From the NCBI RefSeq assembly GCF_963921235.1, contig NC_086097.1, positions 10,292,001 through 10,356,000 on the forward strand: a DNA stretch of 64,000 bases. Reading direction: 5' to 3'. Below, one piece after another: positions 39,759 to 50,219 of this stretch. The notes beneath the pieces were generated by a model. It was not told the DNA's origin, made no database searches, and was given only the letters and a program-made list of their open reading frames with translations. The translations under genes and the position numbers were made by a program. This DNA comes from Mobula hypostoma (taxonomy: Eukaryota). Each line of letters starts with the position of its first letter. Within the stretch, counting starts at the first letter, position 1.

Positions 39759-39959
39759 GCCTTGAGGTGTTGGAACCACTTCCTGCAGTCTCAGAGTCTG
39801 CTCCTGCAACCACCATGGAGAAGGTCCCGGAACCAGAGATTGTTTTCCCAGCCACGAGTCTCACCAGCTAAGCAGACTTTATCAGGAAAGGTGTTATCCT
39901 GCAAGAGTAAGAAATCCTCCAAAGCAATTAAAATTTTAAGCCTGAATGGAACATTTTAA

Positions 39960-40220
39960 AATGGAATTGACTTTATTTCTTACATCCTTCACATACATGA
40001 GGAGTAAAAATCTTTGCATTACATCTCCAACTTAAATGTGCAATGTGCAATCACAGTAATTTATAATAAATAGAACAGTCAATGTAATATAGAGTACACT
40101 TAAATCAGTGTGAGTTCATCAGTCTGATGGCCTGGTGGAAGAAGCTGTCCCGGAGCCTATTGGTCCTGGCTTTTATGCTGTGGTACCATTTCCCAGATGG
40201 TAGCAGCTGGAACAGTTTGT
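39960..40220 (-). mobile_element. Rex1-type 3' tail fragment inserted in the provirus
   Basis: AATAAAGTCAATTC-type tail in reverse; CCTGGTGGAAGAAGCTGTCC motif similar to other Rex tails in the window. Confidence 0.5.
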
Positions 40221-40904
40221 TTACTACACTGTGACTGTCTATATAGTAGTTATATAGTGTTATATAGTATATCGTATACATAGCATATGTAGATCAATAG
40301 AGATGCATTCTCTATTGAGAAGGAGTTTATAGCTAAGCTGGGAGGAGTGTTGTGTATTTAATGTCAGTAATATTGTGGGTATGTTGTTTGTTTGAGCATG
40401 CTTTGTTTAAATGATTCATTATGGTTATATGTAGTAAGTACTTGAGCAGCATATGTCATCATAACTGCATCATACATATTCACCTCGCTTAAAGTAAAAC
40501 TGAGAACGTACATGAGTTCTTCTCAGTTCAGTGTTTTCCTTTTGATTAGTGATTTTTTTCAGATTTTGCAGTTACAAAACATAAACCCAGCACAATCCAT
40601 GTTGATTTGATGTGATGCATTTCATTATGTTTTGATGTTTCGATGTGCATATGACAAATAAAAATATTCGGAAAGTCACTGAAGTGGTAAGAGTGCTTTA
40701 TTTTAGTTTCTCCGAATGCAGGAAGTTTCAGATTTGGCCTTACTTGTGAGATTAATATATTTCAATGGCAGGTCCAGTGAGAGTTAATTTATGTTCTGCA
40801 CATTCTTAACACCCCTTTTCCAAAGAAAAGGTAAACACCATTTTTTCATATATATTTTCTCTGCTCTCTGCGAAACCCTAAACGTGTCCACATACTTAAA
40901 ATGT

Positions 40905-42647
40905 CCAGTCCCTGTATACTTCCATCCCCCATCAGGAAGGTCTCAAAGCTCTACGCTTCTTTTTGGATTCCAGACCCAATCAGTTCCCCTCTACCACCAC
41001 TCTGTTCCGTCTAGCGGAATTTGTCCTTACTCTTAATAATTTCTCCTTTGGCTCCTCCCACTTCCTCCAAACTAAAGGTGTAGCTATGGGCACCCGTATG
41101 GGCCCTAGCTATGCCTGCCTTTTTGATGGCTTTGTGGAACAATCTATGTTCCGTGCCTATTCTGGTATCTGTCCCCCACTTTTCCTTCGCTACATCGACG
41201 ACTGCATTGGCGCTGCTTCCTGCATGCATGCAGAGCTCGTTGAATTTATTAACTTTGCCTCCAACTTTCACCCTGCCCTCAAGTTTACCTGGTCCATTTC
41301 CGACACCTCCCTCCCCTTTCTAGATCTTTCTGTCTCTGTCTCTGGAGACAGCTTATCCATTGATGTCTACTATAAGCCTACTGACTCTCACAGTATCTGG
41401 ACTATTCCTCTTCTCACCCTGTCTCTTGCAAAAACGCCATCCCCTTCTCGCAATTCCTCCGTCTCCGCCACATCTGTTCTCAGGATGAGGATTTTCATTC
41501 TAGGACGAGGGAGATGTCTTCCTTTTTTAAAGAAAGGGGCTTCCCTTCCTCCACTATCAACTCTGCTCTTAAACACATCTCTCCCATTTCACGTACATCT
41601 GCTCTCACTCCATCCTCCCGCCACTCCACTACGAATAGGGTTCCCCTGGTCCTCACCTACCACCCCACCAGCCTCCGGGTCCAACATATTATTCTCCGTA
41701 ACTTCCGCCACCTCCTACGGAATCCCACCACTAAGCACATCTTTCCCTCCCCACCCCTCTGCATTCCGCAGGGATCGCTTCCTACGCGACTCCCTTGTCC
41801 ATTCGTCCCCCCCATCCCTCCCCACTGATCTCCCTCCTGGCACTTATCTGTGTAAGCGGAACAAGTGCTACACATGCCCTTACACTTCCTCCCTTACCAC
41901 CATTCAGGGCCCCAAACAGTCCTTCCAAGTGAGGCAACACTTCACCTGTGAGTCGGCTGGGGTGATATACTGCATCCGGTGCTCCTGATGTGGCCTTTTA
42001 TATATTGGCGAGACCCGACGCAGACTGGGAGACCGCTTTGCTGAACACCTACGCTCTGTCCGCCAGAGAAAGCAGGATCTTCCAGTGGCCACACATTTTA
42101 GTTCCACATCCCATTCCCATTCTGACGTGTCTATCCATGGCCTCCTCTACTGTAAAGATGAAGCCACACTCAGGTTGGAGGAACAACACCTTATATTCCG
42201 TCTGGGTAGCCTCCAACCTGTTGGCATGAACATCGACTTCTCTGACTTCCGCTAATGCCCCACCTCCCCCTCATACCCCATCTGTTACTTATTTTTATAC
42301 ACACATTCTTTCTCTCACTCTCCTTTTTCTCCATCTGTCCCTCTGAATATACCTCTTGCCCATCCTTTGGGTCCCTCCCCCGCTTGTCTTTCTTCCCGGA
42401 CCTCCTATCCCATGATCCTCTCGTATCCCTTTTGCCTATCACCTGTCCAGCTCTCGGCTCTATCCCTCTCCCTCCTGTCTTCTCCTATCATTTTGGATCT
42501 CCCCCTCCCCCTCCAACTTTCAAATCCCTTACTCACTCTTCCTTCAGTTAGTCCTGACGAAGGGTCTCGGCCTGAAACGTCGACTGCACCTCTTCCTAGA
42601 GATGCTGCCTGGCCTGCTGCGTTCACCAGCAACTTTCATGTGTGTTG
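40905..42647 (+). mobile_element. Penelope-like retroelement, 5'-truncated (RT + GIY-YIG endonuclease)
   Basis: VQSLYTSIP, GVAMGTRMGPSYA, RYIDD, FLDLSV, GVIYCIRCS*CGLLYIGETRRRLGDRFAEH; two frameshifts and one TGA; 17-bp direct repeat CCACATACTTAAAATGT (40888-40904, 42648-42664). Confidence 0.93.
42549..42586 (+). ncRNA. Minimal type I hammerhead ribozyme motif
   Basis: TAGTC / CTGACGA / AGG-gtctcgg-CCT / GAAA / CGTC / GACTG: complete core, stems I and II, palindromic ACGT in place of stem III. Confidence 0.75.
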
Positions 42648-42931
42648 CCACATACTTAAAATGTTGTTTTAAGTGCTTTGCACATTTCTTCCTGTAACCA
42701 TTAATTAGAATTCTAATGATTGTTTGGTGTAAGCAATTTGATTCAATTTCTATTGCATTAACCATGTATATTTTATATCCACAATAGAATGGACATGCAT
42801 TAAAAGTCATTATCATTTACAGATACTTATCTTGGCAGGATGACTATCTTAAACATACCAGTTAAACATTAGATTGAAGCCAATTAAATCTGGTCGAAGA
42901 AAAACTCCCGTTAAGGGAGGCAACTGCTAAA

Positions 42932-43394
42932 TGGGGCAGCAGGCTGAGGGTAGCAGTCACCAGCAGAATCAACAAACTCATTCGTAAGGCCAGTGATGTT
43001 GTGGGGATGGAACTGGACTCTCTGACGGTGGTGTCTGAAAAGAGGATGCTGTCCAAGTTGCATGCCATCTTTGACAATGTCTCCCATCCACTACATGATG
43101 TACTGGGTGGACACAGGAGTACATTCAGCCAGAGACTCATTCCACCGGGATGCAACACAGAGCGTCATAGGAAGTCATTCCTGCCTGTGGCCATCAAACT
43201 TTACAACTCCTCCCTTGGAGGGTCAGACACCCTGAGCCAATAGGCTGGTCCTGGACTTATTCCCTGGCATAATTTATTTTTTACTATTTAACTATTTATG
43301 GTTTATTACTATTTATTATTTATGGTGCAACTGTAACGAAAACCAATATCCCCCGGGATCAATAAAGTATGACTATGACTATGATTATGACTAT
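42932..43394 (+). mobile_element. Rex1/Babar 3' fragment, same subfamily as 24282-25318
   Basis: Near-identical peptide ...ERHRKSFLPVAIKLYNSSLGGSDTLSQ; (TATGAC)n tail. Confidence 0.9.
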
Positions 43395-44694
43395 TGTGAA
43401 AGTCCTCACTCATATAAGGCAAATACAAGTAATGGCCATGGTTCTTTAAAGTTGATGTAGCCAAGGGTGGTAACGGGGACAAGCTTCCCCTACCTGTTAA
43501 ATGGTCCCAGTGGTGTGCACCTCAAATAGCCTCTGACAGTCTTCACGTGGGCTTAGCTAATAAGCTCAGCAAAACCGTTTCTACTGACAGGGCCACTTTG
43601 GGCAGATGGGGATCAACAGCCATGGTTGGCAGCTCATCTAGGAGAAGGAAAACTCTAATCTCAAACCTCCACTGCCCTGTGGTGAAGGCTTCGGGAATAA
43701 ACCACGAGGGATAAATCTGGAGCTGGAGTCCTGAAGGCAGTTCTACATTGAGTTCATTGCCAACTGGCAACCCCTACGAAACTGTATCAGTTTCTGCTGT
43801 TTCTTTCGGTTCATCAGATGCACGGAGAGGGAGGATCTTGATACACGGGCTTGCTCTCCATATTGTCCTGCCCAGGCTTATGTATCTAGACAGGTAGGAT
43901 GCGGTATCCATGGTCAACTCTGACCAATGGAGGCCTCAGACTCAGATTATGGTTATTAGAGTAGTCCAGAAGAATTTTGAACTTCGAAGTAATTTTATTA
44001 CCAAAATACATATATAACTCTGAGATTCATTTTCTTTCAGGCATACACAGAAAATCTAAAAATCATTACGGAATCAGTGAAAGACAGAATCCAACAGGGT
44101 AGACAAACAACGAGTGTGCAAAAGACAACAAACTGTGCAAATACAAAAGAAGAAAAGAAAAATAGCAATAAACAAATAAGTAATAATTATCAAGAACATG
44201 AGATGAAAAGTCCTTGAAAGTGAGTCCATAGGTTCATGTATTTATTCATGCCCGTGCTGCCCAGCAACCCCCAGTTTAGCCATAGACTAATCACAGGACA
44301 ACTCGCAGTGAGCAATTAACCTATCAACCGGTACGCCTTTGGACCGTAGGAGGAAATCGGACCACCAAGAGGAAACCCATGACGTCTTGATGAGAACATA
44401 TAGATATCTTACAGACAGCAGTGGGAATTTTCTAGGAACGGTTTAGTGATGGAGCAAATAAAATTGAGTTCAGTTATCCCCACTGTTGGTTGAGGGCTGG
44501 AAGTCATCTTAATTTGGTTTCCAACAAATAAATGTAAATTGAAGAGATAACATATGGGAACTTTACTGTTGTAGAAATGACAGCATTGGTGAGTGGTGAT
44601 CATGAAATGCAGATGAGTTGGATTGTATCTATCATCCACTCAAATGGCTCACCATCTTCCAGTCATATTTGAATGGTCCAATCATTTTATAAAA

Positions 44695-44759
44695 TAGGGA
44701 TTCCCAGCCTGAGCTCAATAGTATTATTCCATGGCATAAAAAAAGGTTGGGAACCCCCA
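44695..44759. mobile_element. hAT-type MITE, internally deleted copy
   Basis: TAGGGATTCCC...GGGAACCCCCA; perfect 8-bp TSD TTATAAAA (44687-44694, 44760-44767). Confidence 0.75.
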
Positions 44760-45439
44760 TTATAAAAGAAACAATGACAAGTGTAAGTAGCAATAATTCA
44801 AAGCTCTTTTGTGCAGTTTGTTACTTTCGGCAATCTGGTTGAATGCCCAAGTTGGTATGGTCTTTCACTGATTCTGTTATGGCTATTATTCTAAAGATTT
44901 ATTATAAATGATGACATATATGTACTTTGGTAATAAACTTACTTTGAACTTTTAAACTTTAAACGTTACAGGAATGATAGCGTCTGAAATTCATTTAGTG
45001 TGCAACTCCAAATTGGTTGTAGGCAAATTTGGTTACAATGAAGTTTTAAGGCAGATGAATAACGGCATTCTAAAATAACCAGAAAGGGGCAGGCAGAGAG
45101 GCGATAATCGAGTCACACAGTATTGAAACTGTTCTTTAGCCTAACAACTCTCTGCAGCCAAGAAAAACTCATTTACAAACGCAAAAAGAAATCGGAGGGT
45201 CAAGTAGAACTGGTAGAAGCTGAGGGGTGGTTGGGTTGGCATCCGTAATATCTACTTGGTTGGGAGGGTGAAGATGCATCTCTACTAAAGAAGGTGTAAG
45301 GCTGTCCTTCCTTCTCCTAACCTGCAGGTCACACTTGGGCAAGGTGTAGCAACTGCTTAGCACTCCCGATCAGGGCCAGGAGAGCCATGGAAGCAAGTGG
45401 TAGATAGTCATATGAGCAGCTGGTGCACATAAAGCCTGC

Positions 45440-45980
45440 TACATACTTACCCTATCTATACACTTCATGATTTTGAATACCTCTATCAAATATCCTCTCA
45501 GTCTTCTGTGCTCCAAAGAATACACCAAATAACTCAGGTCCTCCAGACCTGGCAACATCCTTGTAAATTTTCTCCGCACTCTTTCAACCTTGTTTACATC
45601 TTTTCTGTAGGTAGGTGACTAAGACTGTACACAATACTCCACATTAGGTCTGACCAACATCTTATAAAACTACAACATAACATCCTATTTTCTGCACTCA
45701 ATACATTGATTTCTAAAGGCCAATGTACCAAAAGCTGTATTTACGACCCTATCCACCTGTGATGCATTTTCAATGAATTATGGACCTGTGTTCCCAGATC
45801 CCTTTGTCCTACCACACTCCTCAGTGCCCTACCATCCACTCGGTAAGACCTACCCTGGTTGGTCCTACCAAAGTGCAAAACTTTGTACCTGTCTGCATTA
45901 AATTTCATCTGCCATTTTTCAGTCCATTTTTCTAGGAGATGCAGACCCCATCACAAGCCATGATAGCCTTCCTCACTCTC
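45440..45980 (-). mobile_element. CR1 RT fragment
   Basis: Reverse complement of the RPNxEYCVQ / VQRKFTRMLPG-type region. Confidence 0.7.
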
Positions 45981-46774
45981 TTGGATAAGACCATGATCAT
46001 CCACATTAAAACAACAAGCTTCATAATGATGATGATGATCTGATATGGAGATTTTTTCTTCATGTGCTCTTTTCTCTGGCCTCATTTAAAAGAAACTATG
46101 ATGCGGCCAGACAGATAACAAGCCTTTTAAAAAGGATGACATTTCTTAACCTCACAAAACTTCCTATCTCATTGAAACGTACACTGTGTAATTCAGAATG
46201 ATTCGGGCTGTGACTCATCCCTTATGTCTTCAACTAAACTTTAACATTTAGATCTGTTTATCACTGAGAGGTGTTAAACTTTCTGCATGATGAATGTGTT
46301 AAAGTTTAATTTATTGCTGAAATCAGCAGTAAATTTGTATTTGTTGCTAATGCAAGGCTGATGTAGTGTTGATGTTCTGGCCTTAAACAAAATCTACAGT
46401 CAAGTTTTAAACTTTATTTTCATAATAATCACCAGATTATAATGAAAACAGAAAGTTCCATATAATTTGAATTGAATTATTTCTCTGGTTCAAAGAGTAA
46501 TTCATGTTAAATGTAAATCTGTAACCAAGGTATAAAGAAGGTGAAAAAAGTTCTTCATTTAGAATTCCAAAAGCAATTATGATTTATTGACTCATGGGAA
46601 GAGCTCCTCCTTGTGGGGTAACCTAGAACTCTAAGCACACAAGATTCTGCAAGTGCTGGAAAACTAGAGCAACACACACACAAAATTCTAGACGAACCTA
46701 GCAGGCCAGTCAGCAGCAATGCAAGTGAATATACAGAGGATGTTTCAGGCCGAGACCCTGAGAAGAACATACAC

Positions 46775-47700
46775 ACTTTCTGCTCTCAAAATTTCACTTT
46801 TGAAGGCCTCTCACTGACCAAGTACACTGTTGTCAGAAACAAGCTGTCCCAATCCACACTGGCCACAGATGTTTTCTGATACCATCAAAATTGGCCTTTC
46901 ATCAATTTAGAATCTCAACCCACAGACTAGACCTATCCTTTTCCATAACTGTCTTGAAGCTAATGGCATTATGATTACTAGATGCAAAGTGTTCCCCTGC
47001 ACAAACTTCTGTCACCTGCCCTATCTCATTACTTATTAGCAGATTTAATATCACACTCTTCCTTTTTGGGACTTCTATGTACTGATGAAGGGAACGTTCC
47101 TGGACACATTTGACAAACTCTTTCCCATCCAGCCTTTTCACAGTATGGGATTTCCAGTCTGTGAACTGTGAACTGTTAACTGTGAAAGTTAAAAATAACC
47201 TACTATCACAACCCTATGTTCCTTGCAACAGTCTGTGATCTCTCAACCAATGTGCTCCTCTACATCCTGCGGACTGTTGGGTGGTCTATCATATCATCCC
47301 ATTAACATGGTCATACCTTTCTAATCTCTCGGTTCCACCCATAACACATCGGTAGATGAGCTCTCCGGTCTGACCTGACTGAGAACAGCCATGAGACTTT
47401 CTCTGTCTAGTAATGCCACCCCTCCCCCTTTAAATACTCCCCCTCTATCATATTTAAAACAATGGAACCGCAGAATACTGAGATGCCAGTCCTGGCCTTT
47501 CTGCAACCAAGCCTCACTAATGGCAACAATGTTATAATCCCATTTACTGATCCATACTCTAAGCTCTTCTGCCTCTCCTACAATATACGTTGTTCCCATT
47601 GTGATATATGCAGCTCAAGTATATCATTAGTCCCACAATGTTCAACCTTTCGATTCCTGACTTTGCATGTAGGCTTAACGATATCTTTCTCCACAACCAC
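46775..47700 (-). mobile_element. CR1 endonuclease-domain fragment
   Basis: IVAISEAWL, DRGGVFKGGGVALL, ASSNHNAISF (APE-like endonuclease motifs). Confidence 0.75.
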
Positions 47701-47944
47701 TCCACTACCTTTTCTGGGCTCTGAGCTCTGTCATGAAAAGAAAGAGAGATCTCAATCCAGATAAAAAGATTCAAGGTGTGCCTAGCTTTCTTGATAAACA
47801 GCAACTTCTTTGTTGACTCCTAGTAATCCTGTGACAGCTCAAAGTGGAGAAAAGAGCTTTCAAGTCGACACTGAAATTCTCATGCCCATGTGTAGGAGTA
47901 CTTGCAAGGACATTGTAAACAGCAGGAGGACTGCATCTCCACAC

Positions 47945-48747
47945 TGTCACGTACTCCGTGATGGGTTAAAGAACCAGCAGAAATGGAAAACACTTTGGAG
48001 CCCAGTATTGCTATTAACTAATGGTATTTATTAGTAACTACGCAATATAGTAATATAAAATCAGACATATAAAACAGGTTAGCAATGATTAGATATGTAT
48101 AAGTGTGGAAATATATGAAAACCAAGCTTCTTCAAGTCTAGGGGTAAATAGATAGTCTTACGATGATGAGTAAAGTTCAGTTCGGTTCGTGGTATTGAGT
48201 TGAGTAGTGATGGAGAGAGAGAGCTGTTTGGTTCTTCAGGTGAGCTGATGCCGTCAATCTTCCCATTGTCCTCCGAGTTCCTTTAGAAGTCACTGACTGT
48301 GACCACAACAAAGGGAACTGTTCTTCTGTGGTGGAATTATCAACCCAGGCGAGAGTCGGACACATGAATAACTCCCCACCCGTCGCACCCTTTTCACACT
48401 GCGAGAACCACTGATCGATCCGCCTGATCGATCCTCCAAAACCCACCTTTTCTGTGGACACAACAAAGCTCATTCAGTGTCCAAAACCATGTGTCTGTGA
48501 GTCTATCATCTGACCTTCTATTTATCTCACCGTGCTGAACCTCAGCTGTCTATCAAGTAGCTCTTCCCTTCTCTCTCTGTAAGAACACAGAAGCTGACAG
48601 TGTCCTTGCAAAGTGTAAACATGCTGCAGAGAAACCATAACACCATCTCTAAGCAATCTTTGCCTCGCTCTCTCTTAATAACAAGGTGTCTGTGTTAAGT
48701 TTCCTTTGAAAGCACAGTTCATAGGGATACTTCAGGTCCCCGTCACA
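47945..48747. mobile_element. Solo LTR of a second family
   Basis: TGTCAC...GTCACA (TG..CA) termini; 4-bp TSD ACAC (47941-47944, 48748-48751). Confidence 0.75.
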
Positions 48748-50219
48748 ACACAGACAATCCAATGGCAAATTCGATCAGGCACCTCCTGCCCTCTTCCCCT
48801 CTGGAGAAATCAATGGTTTCATCAGTCACTTGTCAGGGGGCTGAAGTGGATGCACATCATCCTTCACCTCAAGGGTCTGTCTGAGTAGGTAAGTAAGTAC
48901 TTATATGTTGTCATTTGTTGTGTAAAATGAACCTTTCACAGTGATCCCTGAATTCAATGTAATTCGAAAACTAAAAATGTATCTTGAAGTTGTCATGAAT
49001 GCTTTTAATTTTTTTTTGCTTTTTGACAACTTAGTTATGGATTGTTAAAAGTTGCATAATGAATCCACATCAAGCAAAAATCAAAAATACACAATGGGAG
49101 ATTCATACATTGATTGTAAGCTTAATAAATGCCTCAAAAATCACTCTGTGTTATTTCCAAGGATACCACTCCATTGGTACCAGAATATTCCAAGAGTTTT
49201 GTATGCAAAAGCTCATGAATAATACTAAATAGAGATGCTGTTCACACTGCTGAGGTGTCAGAATTGTTAGTTGCTCTTTCTTCTCTCAAGACATTGTGTG
49301 TGATCAAATCCCTTTCCAGAGAGTTCAGCTCAAATTGGTTTAGACTGGTCCTCGAAGGCAGCAATCAGAATCAGGTTTAATATCACTGGCATAAGTTGTG
49401 AAATTTGTTGTTATATGGCAACAACGCATTGCAACATATAATAGTAAAAATAATCTATAAATTACAATAATAAATACATTTAAAATCTTTAAATAAATAT
49501 ATAGTGCAAAAAGAGAGCAAAAAAAGAAAAGAGTGAGCTAGTGTACATGGGTTCACTGTCCATTCAGAAATCTGATGGTGGATATTTTTAAAACATCGAG
49601 GTGTCTCTCTTCTCAATGGTAGCAATGAGATGAGGGCACGTCCTGGGTAATGGGAGTCCATTATGCCAACTTTTTGAGGCATCAACTGAAGGTGTCCTGG
49701 ATGCTAGGGAGGATAGTGGCCATGATGGAACTGGCTGAGTTTGCAACTTTCTGCAGCTTTCTGATTTGGTGCAGTGACCCCTCCAAACCAGACAGTGATA
49801 TCTGCAAAAAGGGTACTTGCATTCAGAGGAGGTACCTTCTGAACGAGACAGTTAACCAACTCCATAGCTGCTCTCTTGGGTGGAGGGCAAAGGCTGATAG
49901 AGCAGGACTCTACCATAACAATGAGCAAGATAGTTTATCTGGTGTTTGGATCAATAATTACCTTTCAGCAACAAATTATCCCTCCTGTGGGTAAACCGAT
50001 TGTTGCATTCCCCCTGTTAAAATTGAAAAGACCAAAATTATAACTATCCTTGTGAATTTTATCCATACTCTTTCAATCTTATTGTTATCTTTCCTGTAGC
50101 TAGGTGCCCAGAACTGGCCACAATACTTCAAATTTGGATTTACCGATGTCTTATACCATTTCATCTCTCCTCTAGCTTTGACTCTAAGCACTGCTAAGAA
50201 TTAAACAAAAAATCTGGGA

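Larger units (their letters stand above)
36985..40585 (+). mobile_element. Decayed Gypsy LTR provirus with pol core replaced by host cDNA, inserted into a V-type SINE
   Basis: LTRs about 36985-37232 and 40348-40585; PBS-like AGTGGTGAC; PPT GGGAGGAG; TSD CCCAG (36980-36984, 40586-40590); gag (AELKRLSERCQF, CYRCG), protease KMELDTGSAISVI, integrase-tail YPARVRNPPK. Confidence 0.85.

Noticed and set aside
39304..39864. Hydrophobic 186-aa and 124-aa minus-strand ORFs as membrane proteins
   Set aside because: Antisense shadow of the purine-rich RBM25 RE/RD region
43520..43660. Possible HDV-like ribozyme in an RTE-like 5' sequence (also hairpins at 15885-16000)
   Set aside because: Could not assemble a full P1/P1.1/P2/P3/P4 fold from these decayed copies by eye
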